Shown in pieces: positions 52,883 through 64,000 of a stretch of 64,000 bases of DNA (the first letter of the stretch is position 1; each line of letters begins with the position of its first letter). The stretch covers positions 84,684,010 through 84,748,009 of the forward strand of contig NC_068983.1 in the NCBI RefSeq assembly GCF_001194135.2, in the 5' to 3' direction. This stretch comes from Octopus bimaculoides. Its lineage: Eukaryota. The notes beneath the pieces were generated by a model. It did not search any database, was not told where the DNA came from, and worked only from the letters and a program-made list of their open reading frames with translations. The position numbers were made by a program, and so were the translations under genes.

Positions 52883-54189
52883 TGTGATTACATAGACTCA
52901 AAGCTATGATAATAACAAGTCGTTGGAATTCAGTATCCTTGTGCATTACATCAACGCTTCTGAACGTATGCGGTACCGCCCCAAGAGAGCACTGGGCATG
53001 TCAAACTGGGTGTTAGGCTTTAGGGGACGGAGAGGGGGCGGGGAGGTAACATGATTAACATACTAGATTTTATTTATAGTAGTAATTATATTATGCATCA
53101 CAAAACTAGTAATGGTCATTAAAATAAAATGAGATCTCAGACACAGGGAAATCATTAACTTCCAATGTATAAAGTAAATTTACAACTTTTGCCTTTATTA
53201 ATTTTTCATTATTTCACTGTTAAATCCACACTTAGAGTAAGATTTATAAATTATCATCCATTTTAAATTATTAGTTTAGTCGTGATACCTCAATCAACAC
53301 TTAGGTGGTCGCGAGGCACAACGACTACCTAAAAAGGGGTCTTATTAATTTGAACATATTTTAAGTAGTCCATTGGAGACACAAAAACTGAAATTTCGCA
53401 TATTGCATAGTGAGAAATCACATCATCGGCCGACTCCTACAGGAACGGTTCAGTAATAAAGTTGTTAGTCACCTTATAATTGTAATGTAAGGAAGTGACT
53501 AATCATTTTATTGTTGACGTATTCCCGGAAGAATCCTAGTGGATAAATAAATTGCTGGATAAAGGAATTGAAAGTAGGTATTGTTATGTTGAGAAGTTGA
53601 GCTCACATAAATTTTGGCATACTGGGTTTCATATTTGCTGATAGTATCATCGGAATAGATAGTTTTCTAGTTTATATTCTGTTATACTGTGGATCCTTGC
53701 CCACTTGTATGTAGTCGTTGGCACTGTAATATTCTTGTCGTCACTATTATGTTGTGACTGTATTCCACGTCTTATTATCTCTAACTCGTCTATCGTGCTA
53801 TCACTGATAGCTCCGCAAGATAACGACTTTGTAAGGTCTACCTTGACTGTAACTCGAACTCGCATATATCATGTAACTGACATTGGCTCCAGCTGAGGAC
53901 TCGTACAACGACTCTACTACTACTGACCTCCTACAACGACTGATTGTCTGATTTTATAATGGCCACTTTGTCACGTGGATAGGAGTGTACCATTTTCACT
54001 ACAACATATTCTGTGAATGACTATGGGACACAAATTCTGATCATGAATGTGTGATCTGAAATTCTGATCATGAAATCTTTCTTGACTGTGTTTACACAGA
54101 CCTGCATATTATCTAATGACTAAGAGGTATTTGCCATTCTATTTGGATGTGTTAATCTCACTCAGCCAAACTAGGTTTTCACAAATATC

Positions 54190-54525
54190 GCCCGAAATTT
54201 GAGTATCCTGGGCCGCATTAACAAATAATGAGAAGCAGGAGGCTGAATTAGACGCAAGAAGTGTAGGTACTGGCTCGGTAATGTGCCAGCTCCGAGGTTT
54301 GATCCACAGTAGAGGAGAAGATGGTAAAAGAGCCAAGCTCACCATCTTCAGTTCGCTTTGCGTGCTTGTCCTCACCTAAGGTCATGATTGTTGAGTAACG
54401 ACCGAAAGAGTACGATCACGAGTATAAGCAGCCGAATGGAGTTCCTTCGGAATATTACTGGAGTAATGCTACTCGACAGGATGCGTAATTCAGAGATCAG
54501 GCACACTCTCTAGGTCGAGCCGCTA
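54190..54525 (+). mobile_element. Degenerate RTE-clade LINE fragment (post-RT region)
   Basis: Reads KFEYPG...ELDARS...KRAKLTIF..L....LT*GHDC*VTTERVRS, like the RTE segment KAKLSIF...LTYGHESW.MTER.RS. Confidence 0.7.
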
Positions 54526-55028
54526 CTATCACGCAGCTTTGCTGCAATTTTCATGTTACACTAATGTTGATCTTGTGAGTTACATTTTGTTTCATGTGGG
54601 GTGGGGGCGTGCATGTGTGTTTGTGTGTGTATAAATGTGAGTCATGGACAGAAGATTGTGTGTATGTGAGGGAGTGTGTGTAAGCGTGTGTCATGCAGTT
54701 GGCGTCCACAGATTATGTAAGTTTTCATGGTCTTTACCATCCCCTACTTGTCATTTTCAATGTTTCTCTATTGACTTAAACAATTGCAGCGTGGAAGCCA
54801 TTTAAAAACACACAAAAACCGTTAGATTCACTTCAACATTTAAATTTAATTTGTTGTGTATGGTTCTCTGATTTGATGGCGATGTTCTGTGCTATACTTG
54901 TTGAATGAAATATTCTCGGGAAACTTTACATGCTGTAACGTAGATTAGGTTCTCCGAATTGCAGATGAAACAGATTTTAATTGTACCTGCATACATACAT
55001 ACATACATACATACATACATACAAAAAT

Positions 55029-55069
<41 letters not shown>

Positions 55070-55987
55070 TATACACTTTTATATAAACATACAAAACGGT
55101 CTTACAACCCAGTATTTGCACGCTAAAATTTATGTATGGTTCGAGATATTCTAATTATTCCAAGTTCTATCGAAAGTTTACAACACTTATATATATATAT
55201 NNNNNNNNNNNNNNNNNNNNNNNNNNNNNNNNNNNNNNNNNNNNNNNNNNNNNNNNNNNNNNNNNNNNNNNNNNNNNNNNNNNNNNNNNNNNNNNNNNNN
55301 NNNNNNNNNNNNNNNNNNNNNNNNNNNNNNNNNNNNNNNNNNNNNNNNNNNNNNNNNNNNNNNNNNNNNNNNNNNNNNNNNNNNNNNNNNNNNNNNNNNN
55401 NNNNNNNNNNNNNNNNNNNNNNNNNNNNNNNNNNNNNNNNNNNNNNNNNNNNNNNNNNNNNNNNNNNNNNNNNNNNNNNNNNNNNNNNNNNNNNNNNNNN
55501 NNNNNNNNNNNNNNNNNNNNNNNNNNNNNNNNNNNNNNNNNNNNNNNNNNNNNNNNNNNNNNNNNNNNNNNNNNNNNNNNNNNNNNNNNNNNNNNNNNNN
55601 NNNNNNNNNNNNNNNNNNNNNNNNNNNNNNNNNNNNNNNNNNNNNNNNNNNNNNNNNNNNNNNNNNNNNNNNNNNNNNNNNNNNNNNNNNNNNNNNNNNN
55701 NNNNNNNNNNNNNNNNNNNNNNNNNNNNNNNNNNNNNNNNNNNNNNNNNNNNNNNNNNNNNNNNNNNNNNNNNNNNNNNNNNNNNNNNNNNNNNNNNNNN
55801 NNNNNNNNNNNNNNNNNNNNNNNNNNNNNNNNNNNNNNNNNNNNNNNNNNNNNNNNNNNNNNNNNNNNNNNNNNNNNNNNNNNNNNNNNNNNNNNNNNNN
55901 NNNNNNNNNNNNNNNNNNNNNNNNNNNNNNNNNNNNNNNNNNNNNNNNNNNNNNNNNNNNNNNNNNNNNNNNATATATCTATATGTA

Positions 55988-56019
<32 letters not shown>

Positions 56020-57074
56020 CATGCATGCATGCATAAATACACACACACACACACATGTATATGATTGAAACAAAAATTTAGAGTCCTCAAGAATGCATAA
56101 TTCAAATCTTTAAGTATGTTGACGTATCTGAGATAACCTCTACGTTGGATGGCGATACGTTAATGAGCCAAATAAACAAATAATTTAACATGAATCAATA
56201 AATCATGTCATAGTACTATGAAATAATGAATGTAAGAGTGAGAAGTTTAGTTGACAGGTTAACCAACACTCCAAATCCAGCAAGTCACAAGTCAGAAATC
56301 CAAAAGTATTGTTGTCTGGTAAATAATTTTCACCTGTCACCTCTTCGCTTAATCAAACTTATTAAAGTCACTTCTTAATAACAGAATTACAAGAACATAT
56401 GTTAGGAGAAAAAAAAAATTAACTGTTATTTCAATTACTGTTAAGATTTAATCCTCCAAATGTGTTCGCTAGCCAAATCAATTTGCACTATTTATTTTCT
56501 TCTTTGACAATTCAAAATTTTAAATGTCAGACATTTATAAACGATGGAATTATTTTTTGATCAGGTTGAGGTCTCGTTGAAATAAAATAAAGAAATAGGA
56601 GGGATGTCAGCTACCAATAACTTCGATCANNNNNNNNNNNNNNNNNNNNNNNNNNNNNNNNNNNNNNNNNNNNNNNNNNNNNNNNNNNNNNNNNNNNNNN
56701 NNNNNNNNNNNNNNNNNNNNNNNNNNNNNNNNNNNNNNNNNNNNNNNNNNNNNNNNNNNNNNNNNNNNNNNNNNNNNNNNNNNNNNNNNNNNNNNNNNNN
56801 NNNNNNNNNNNNNNNNNNNNNNNNNNNNNNNNNNNNNNNNNNNNNNNNNNNNNNNNNNNNNNNNNNNNNNNNNNNNNNNNNNNNNNNNNNNNNNNNNNNN
56901 NNNNNNNNNNNNNNNNNNNNNNNNNNNNNNNNNNNNNNNNNNNNNNNNNNNNNNNNNNNNNNNNNNNNNNNNNNNNNNNNNNNNNNNNNNNNNNNNNNNN
57001 NNNNNNNNNNNNNNNNNNNNNNNNNNNNNNNNNNNNNNNNNNNNNNNNNNNNNNNNNNNNNNNNNNNNNNNNNN

Positions 57075-57560
57075 NNNTTTACCATTAAGACTATTCTGCA
57101 GAGACCTGAATAAGTGGCAATCCGAAGGAGCAATATCTGGTGAACATGGAGGGTGGGGTAACACATCCCAACCGAGCTGCAGCAATTTTTGTCTGGTTCC
57201 CAAAGAAACATGCGGTCTTGCATTATCGTGTTGGAAAACAACACCCTTTCTGTTGGCCAATTCTGGACGTTTCTGCTTTTAACTCGTCCGGTTGTGTGCA
57301 GTATTTCTCAGAATTAATTGTCTGGTTACTTGGGAGAAGCTCATAGTACAAAATTCCTTTCCAATCCCACCAGACACAAAGCAAGACTTTTTTAAGGGTG
57401 AAGACCCGGTTTTGGGCTGGTTAAGGGTGGCTCATGTCGCTTTCTCTGAACATTTCTCACCACCTGTCACAATTTGCTTTAAAAAAGGCGCGTTTTCATT
57501 CCGTTTATAAAGCGAATCAGAGATGGAAATGCGATCCAAAAGGTACATGCAACCACCGCT
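57075..57560 (-). mobile_element. Mariner transposase catalytic-domain fossil, running into a gap
   Basis: PFLKQIVTG(G)[45 protein letters not shown] (YSPDL motif variant). Confidence 0.92.
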
Positions 57561-57768
57561 TTTTTCATACCTTCCAATTTTACCACAAATCTAAATACAC
57601 CCTAAACCACTACACAGTAAATGTACTGAACACCCCTTAGGTAATCTCCAACAACCTTATGTGACTTTCCAATGCCTTAATTCTTCAACTTTTTAATTTT
57701 TAATTTTAATTAAAATTTTTTAATTGCTTAATAATACACATATAAACATATATGTATGTGTGTATATG

Positions 57769-57801
<33 letters not shown>

Positions 57802-58791
57802 ATATGTATATATGTGTATATGTCTATGAGCGTATACATGCATATATGTATGTGTATATGTGTGTATATATAGGAAAAATAAGTTCAAAAGAGAACAATT
57901 CAAACTTTTTGAGAGGTCCAAAAAGAGAGAAAGAATGATTTCTAATAAAGATTTATCATATTCATAAAAAAACAGCCAGAGCAAATAATAAAAATATGAA
58001 AATAGTTGTTGAAAAATATCGTTATAGGTATAAATATACCATAAACAATTATAGAAAAATGGAGGAGAAAAAGATGTTGAATCAAAATTAGATTTAATAC
58101 AAAATAGGATTCAATACATACACATATACATGAACGCACACATGCACACACATACACACACNNNNNNNNNNNNNNNNNNNNNNNNNNNNNNNNNNNNNNN
58201 NNNNNNNNNNNNNNNNNNNNNNNNNNNNNNNNNNNNNNNNNNNNNNNNNNNNNNNNNNNNNNNNNNNNNNNNNNNNNNNNNNNNNNNNNNNNNNNNNNNN
58301 NNNNNNNNNNNNNNNNNNNNNNNNNNNNNNNNNNNNNNNNNNNNNNNNNNNNNNNNNNNNNNNNNNNNNNNNNNNNNNNNNNNNNNNNNNNNNNNNNNNN
58401 NNNNNNNNNNNNNNNNNNNNNNNNNNNNNNNNNNNNNNNNNNNNNNNNNNNNNNNNNNNNNNNNNNNNNNNNNNNNNNNNNNNNNNNNNNNNNNNNNNNN
58501 NNNNNNNNNNNNNNNNNNNNNNNNNNNNNNNNNNNNNNNNNNNNNNNNNNNNNNNNNNNNNNNNNNNNNNNNNNNNNNNNNNNNNNNNNNNNNNNNNNNN
58601 NNNNNNNNNNNNNNNNNNNNNNNNNNNNNNNNNNNNNNNNNNNNNNNNNNNNNNNNNNNNNNNNNNNNNNNNNNNNNNNNNNNNNNNNNNNNNNNNNNNN
58701 NNNNNNNNNNNNNNNNNNNNNNNNNNNNNNNNNNNNNNNNNNNNNNNNNNNNNNNNNNNNNNNNNNNNNNNNNNNNNNNNNNNNNNNNNNN

Positions 58792-58838
<47 letters not shown>

Positions 58839-60039
58839 ACACACGCAAACACACACAAACACACACATATACATGAACGCACACATGCACACACATACAC
58901 ACACGCAATTTATAAAGGAAAGAGAGAGAGAAAGAATAAAAGAGAAGTAGAGATAGAGCGCATTACCTTGCACTACTTATGTGTGTACGTATTGACGAGA
59001 ACGTACACCTGTTAATACTATAGGAATACAGATTTTACATAGCTAACATCATATATAATGTATATCATCAATATATAGTCGATATATTGACACACAAAGG
59101 CAAACATAAAGCTATAGTATTAATACAGTTGATGATTTTGGAATATAGGATGTAATATTTGGGGTGATTTGAGTAAAATGGTGATATTTTAAGAAATTAC
59201 CTTTCTTAGGAATCCTAAAATTAATTTATTCATATAATAATGTGTTGTTTTTTCTTAAATAAAAGCAATACCATTACAGTTTTCATTAATAATACTGAAT
59301 TTTCTCATTGTTTTTTTATGACTTATATCGTATGTAATCTTGTACACTGAGAATCTAGCGAGAAAAGATTGTTCAGAGCTGCTACGTGTGCAGAGTATTG
59401 AGGAATCAATTTCTATAAGCGTGAAAGCAAATGCGGGTTTGCTGTTTGTTTTATGTTTTAAACAGAACTTTAATAATATGGATATTTCATTCATTTTTTT
59501 TTTTGATAGTGTGGTGGAAGTTGCTGGCATGCATGATGGAATGACGATTTAAATGATCTATTTTACGCTCTGAGAGCGACATACTGGAGTCAGTTTAGTC
59601 GGCAGTTCCCCTTCCTCAAATAGGCGATCTTGTTTGTCCCCGAGGAATCGCCATTGGATAACGTGGACGATTGTTGTATTGGCAATATCGACAGAGGCGC
59701 GAAAAATATCTAGTGGCTTTTAGTTACGTCTCTTTACGTTCTCACTTTCAAATCTCTATCAGACCAACTTTGCTTTTATCCTTCCGAGATAAAAAAAAAC
59801 AAAAAAAAACAAGTAGCATTTATACATATATAGTTGTCTATTTTTCCAATATAAACGACTGGGCACCTCTAAAATTTGTTGCCTTGTGCCTTTGTACGAA
59901 ATTGTTATGAGAAAAGTGAGTAGAATTACGTGAAGATGTCAGAGTGGAGTTATAATTTGGCAGCCGATTGTATCTCTCTCTCACTCTGTTGCATAATACA
60001 CACACACGTACACGCACTCTCTCATTCAATGTATGTACG

Positions 60040-60084
<45 letters not shown>

Positions 60085-60267
60085 NNNNNNNNNNTATGTG
60101 TATGTATGTGTGTATGTATGTATGGATGTATGTATGTGTGCTTATGTGTATACATACACACAAAAACACACACACACACATATATATATATACAAACACA
60201 TATATACACATATATGCATACATACATACATACATACATACATACATACATACATACATACATGCAT

Positions 60268-60470
60268 AAGGCAGCGAGCTGGCAGAATCGTTAGAACGTC
60301 GGGCGAAATACTTGGTGGTATTTCGTCTGCCGTTTCGTTCTGAGTTCAAATTCCGCCGAGGTCGACTTTGCCTTTCATTCTTCCGGGGTCGATGAAATAA
60401 GTACCAGTTACGCACTGGAGTCGATGTTTGTCCACTCTGTGTTTAGCTCTCGGTGGGCAATAAAGAAATA
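60268..60470 (+). mobile_element. tRNA-derived SINE, well preserved
   Basis: aggcagcgagctggcagaatcgttag...gttctgagttcaaattccgccgaggtcgactttgcc...ggggtcgatgaaataagtaccag. Confidence 0.9.
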
Positions 60471-60740
60471 TATATGCATATGTTCGTTATTTTATGCCGA
60501 ATGAATGAATGGAAAAGAAGTGCTCAATACATTCTTGTAAAAGATATGTTCTTATTATATTGAAACCGATACCAAGTGTTTTTTCTCTTTACGAGCGAAG
60601 ACATGTTAATACGAAACCGGTTATTTCTCCAAAAACAATGTTTCTATACTCAAAATTTTATAACATTTTTCTAACATAACGATTTAAATATATACTTTAA
60701 CCATATAACACAAGCCTTCTGTAGCTTTTTCACTCTTGTT

Positions 60741-60780
<40 letters not shown>

Positions 60781-60789
60781 GTAGTACAT

Positions 60790-62052
60790 ACATATGCAAG
60801 GCACCATACAGCACAATGGTTCAACATCAGCCGCCTTCCAAATAAAGAACGGGGTAAAGCAAGGCTGTGTCCTTGCTCCTACATTATTTGGCATCTTTTT
60901 CTCGCTGCTTCTGTCACATGCCTTTGAGACATCAGATGATGGAGTGTTTCTGCACATTAGAAGTGACGGGAAACTGTTCAATCTTTCGCGTCTGCGTGCC
61001 AAGACCAAAATCAGAAGTGTCCTGATCAAGGAGATACTTTTTGCTGATGATGCCGCTCTGGTATCACACACAGAAGAAGCCCTGCAAAGGCTCATCAACT
61101 GCTTTGCGCAAGCATGTAGTGACTTTGGCTTAGTTATCGGCCTCAAGAAGACCAACATCATGGGTCAGGCTACATCGGGCATCCCAAACATACATATTGG
61201 AGACCACAGACTACAGGAGGTGGAGAAATTTACCTATCTTGGCTCTACCGTTACCTACAACCTATCCCTTGATACTGAGCTCAACATACACATTGGTAAG
61301 GCAGCTGCTGTGATGGCCCAACTCTCCAAACGGGCATGGGACAACAACAAGCTGATCAAGACCACAAAAATGAAGATCTACCAGGCATGTGTACTTAGCA
61401 CTTTACTGTATGGCAGTGAGACCTGGACACCATACACACACCAAGAGCGTCACCTAAATATCTTTCACCTGCGCTGCCTCCGGAAAATCCTTGGCATCAA
61501 ATGTTAGGATCGTGTTCCCAACAAAGATGTCCTCAAGCAAGCAGGAATACCAAGCATGTTTGCACTCCTCACACAAAGATGTATGAGATGGCTTGGACAT
61601 GTTAGTCGTATGGAAGATGGCAGAATCCCCAAGGACATACTCTACTGAAAGCTTGCTAGGGCACTAGGTCTGTGGGAAGACTGTTTTGACGATACAAGGA
61701 TGTTTGCAAAAGGGACATGAAGGCCTGCGACATCAATATTAGCAACTGGGAAGCGGTTGCCAGCAACTGTGGAGATTGGCGACGCACCATAGAAAAGGGA
61801 ACACAAAGGAGTGACAGAGGGAGAGAGCAGAAATGGAAAGACAGGAAAAGACAACAAGAAACTATGACATTAGAACCAGCCAGGAAAAGTCTTCGCTACA
61901 TTGGCGGCACGTGCCAGAGGGAGTGTTTGTCCACGATAGGACTACACAGCCACAGTAGGAGATGTATTAGGACATGAAATTTTAAAACCGGACTAGATTA
62001 TTTTATGCGCAACTCCATTGTCTCCCGAGACAAAAAGGATGCCAACAACAGC
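60790..62052 (+). mobile_element. 5'-truncated RTE (BovB-like) LINE: RT domain, C-terminus and 3' UTR
   Basis: ORF 60794..61507 has GVKQGCVLAPTLF, LFADDAAL, VEKFTYLGS and STLLYGSETW. It continues after a stop as RWLGHVSRMEDGRIPKDILY and carries a C-terminal C2H2-like motif. The 3' end is ccattgtctcccgagacaaaaggatgccaacaac, with (TA)n on both sides. Confidence 0.95.
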
Positions 62053-62066
62053 ATACGTACATACTC

Positions 62067-62139
<73 letters not shown>

Positions 62140-62613
62140 CACACAGAGAGAAAGAGGGAGAGAGAAATAGAATAGAGGAGGAAAAAGGGGAGAAGCGAAT
62201 GTAGGAGAGAGAGAGGGGAAAAATGTAAGATAGATAGAAATAGATAGAGAGATAGAGAGAGAGAGAGGGAGAGAGAGGGAGAGAAAGACGAGTCAGTGAG
62301 TGAAAATATGATGACGTTAGCCTTTTGACTTCAAAACCAATTGATAAACTCTTGCTACATTTTCAATGTTATGATTTGCGATATAATATAAATTGTTTAC
62401 GTGGTAGCTATAGATATTTGCTACATCAAGTATATCTCGTGGGTATAGATACAATTGTATATTGAAGATCTGCTGATTAATTTTTGATATAACGTAATAT
62501 AAAGAAATATGTATACGCAGATGAACACATATGCATATATAGATACACACGTATATATGGTTTAAGTTTCAAACTTACTTGTAAATCTAAAACTGAATTT
62601 TGAAAGAGTCTAT

Positions 62614-62616
<3 letters not shown>

Positions 62617-62666
<50 letters not shown>

Positions 62667-62682
62667 ATAATAATAATAATAC
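62617..62682. repeat. (CTA)n(TAA)n microsatellite
   Basis: Visible directly; may be the tail of the adjacent minus-strand SINE. Confidence 0.95.
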
Positions 62683-62890
62683 TTTCTATTAAAGGCACAA
62701 GTTCTGACATGGGGCGGGACTAGTCGATTACATTGACCCCAGTGTTTCACTGGTACTAAATTTATCGACCCCGAAAGGATGAAAGGTAAAGTCGACTTCG
62801 GCAGAATTTGAACTCTGGATGTGTGGATGGATGAAATGCCGCTAACCATTTTGCCTGGCATGTAAACGATTTTGCCAGCACACCACCTTC
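62683..62890 (-). mobile_element. SINE copy
   Basis: agtcgattacattgaccccag...ttatcgaccccgaaaggatgaaaggtaaagtcgacttcggcagaatttgaactc...aacgattttgccagc is the antisense of the 3172 family. Confidence 0.85.
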
Positions 62891-62984
62891 TTAACAACAA
62901 CAACAACAACAACAACAATAAAAGTATTGCAATTCAGTGAGTGATTAGAAAAATAAATTTGAACCATTTAGAGCTAGAGTAGTT

Positions 62985-63154
62985 GGATCCTCCTCCTTCT
63001 CCTCATCATTACCATCACCATGGCTTCCATTACCATCATCATCTCTACTTCCAACACGACCTTCTCCACCACCACGGAAACCAAAACCATCAGCACCACC
63101 CACCGCACCACCACCGTCGTAGTTGTCGAAGTCATCATCATCATCACCACCACC

Positions 63155-63188
<34 letters not shown>

Positions 63189-63366
63189 TCATCACCACCA
63201 CCACCACNNNNNNNNNNNNNNNNNNNNNNNNNNNNNNNNNNNNNNNNNNNNNNNNNNNNNTTCCAACACGACCTTCTCCACCACCACGGAAACCAAAACC
63301 ATCAGCACCACCCACCGCACCACCACCGTCGTAGTTGTCGAAGTCATCATCATCATCACCACCACC

Positions 63367-63415
<49 letters not shown>

Positions 63416-63445
63416 CCATCATCATCATCGTTTCATCATCATTAA
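62985..63445. repeat. (CAC)n/(CAT)n low-complexity block, with a ~155-bp unit repeated on both sides of a gap
   Basis: Visible directly; the sequence from 63051 recurs from 63261. Confidence 0.9.
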
Positions 63446-64000
63446 TATTATTGTTGAATTTTTATTTTGTACTTGTTTAATTTTTGGTGTTTTTAAATAT
63501 CTTCTTTTAATCTCTGAATATGGTAAAATGTAATATAATAAGTGCTGATTGTGAAGATCAAACGTTAAGCAAATTATTTCTTAAGCTTCTGTCCACAGGC
63601 AACAAGTCTTACTTGCATCTATTGTTTGCCATTAGAACGCCGATAAATCTAACAGATCTTTGGACACACAAATCTCGATGCATTCTCTAAACTTATTGTA
63701 GTGTTGAAAAAGTAGCAATCGCAAAGGATGAAGTCTTACAAATTTATGGCAATGAAAGACATGCTAGTGTTCAGACTTTATGGAAAAAAAGATCCCCATA
63801 CACGCATACTTATTAAGGAGTGTATGGTATATATGCGTGTGTATTTATATTACTGTTATGTCGTTTGATTGTTTCCGTCTCATCTCCTTACACACTCTTC
63901 CTCTCTCTCTCTCCCTCACACACACAAACACACACACACACACACATATATGTATATATATTATATATATATACAATATATATATATATATATATATATA

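Noticed and set aside
53647-53990. 72-aa minus-strand ORF with a possible LTR/PBS-like junction near 53970
   Set aside because: No second LTR, no gag or pol motif, and the PBS match is not convincing.
58116-58906. Short direct repeat flanking a gap (atacatgaacgcacacatgcacacacatacacacac)
   Set aside because: Identical microsatellite-embedded sequence either side of a gap; probably an assembly overlap.
63051-63420. Duplicated His/Pro/Thr-rich coding-like unit
   Set aside because: Essentially identical sequence on both sides of an N gap within (CAC)/(CAT) repeats; most likely an unmerged contig overlap.

Overview
AT-rich animal genomic DNA from a draft assembly. It has about 16 N gaps, many of them bordered by (TA)n, (CA)n or (GA)n microsatellites. 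The density of simple repeats and the tRNA-headed SINE families fit a coleoid cephalopod (octopus-like); this is an inference from recognised repeat consensus, not a search result. I recognise no intact host gene. Most ORF-track entries are artefacts of microsatellites or N runs. The real protein-coding signal comes from decayed transposons: CR1-like, Tx1/L1-like and RTE LINEs, a Penelope-like element (RT plus GIY-YIG), three mariner remnants (one with both TIRs and a TA duplication), a maT/DD37D-like Tc1-mariner, a hAT transposase and a Chapaev (Transib/RAG1-related) transposase. There are also roughly 20 SINE or SINE-like copies. Two linked structures are not explained by these features. (1) A roughly 190-bp direct repeat (31989-32167 and 33141-33332) looks like a duplicated minus-strand last exon, with a strong acceptor, a stop codon and ATTAAA, and it has candidate upstream micro-exons at 34041-34085 and 36284-36324. 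(2) A roughly 700-770-bp non-coding cassette occurs twice in inverted orientation (6855-7551 and 32242-33012), with its second copy lying between the two duplicated exons. A few isolated plus-strand exon candidates are reported at low confidence. Repeat boundaries are approximate unless TIRs or splice sites are cited.
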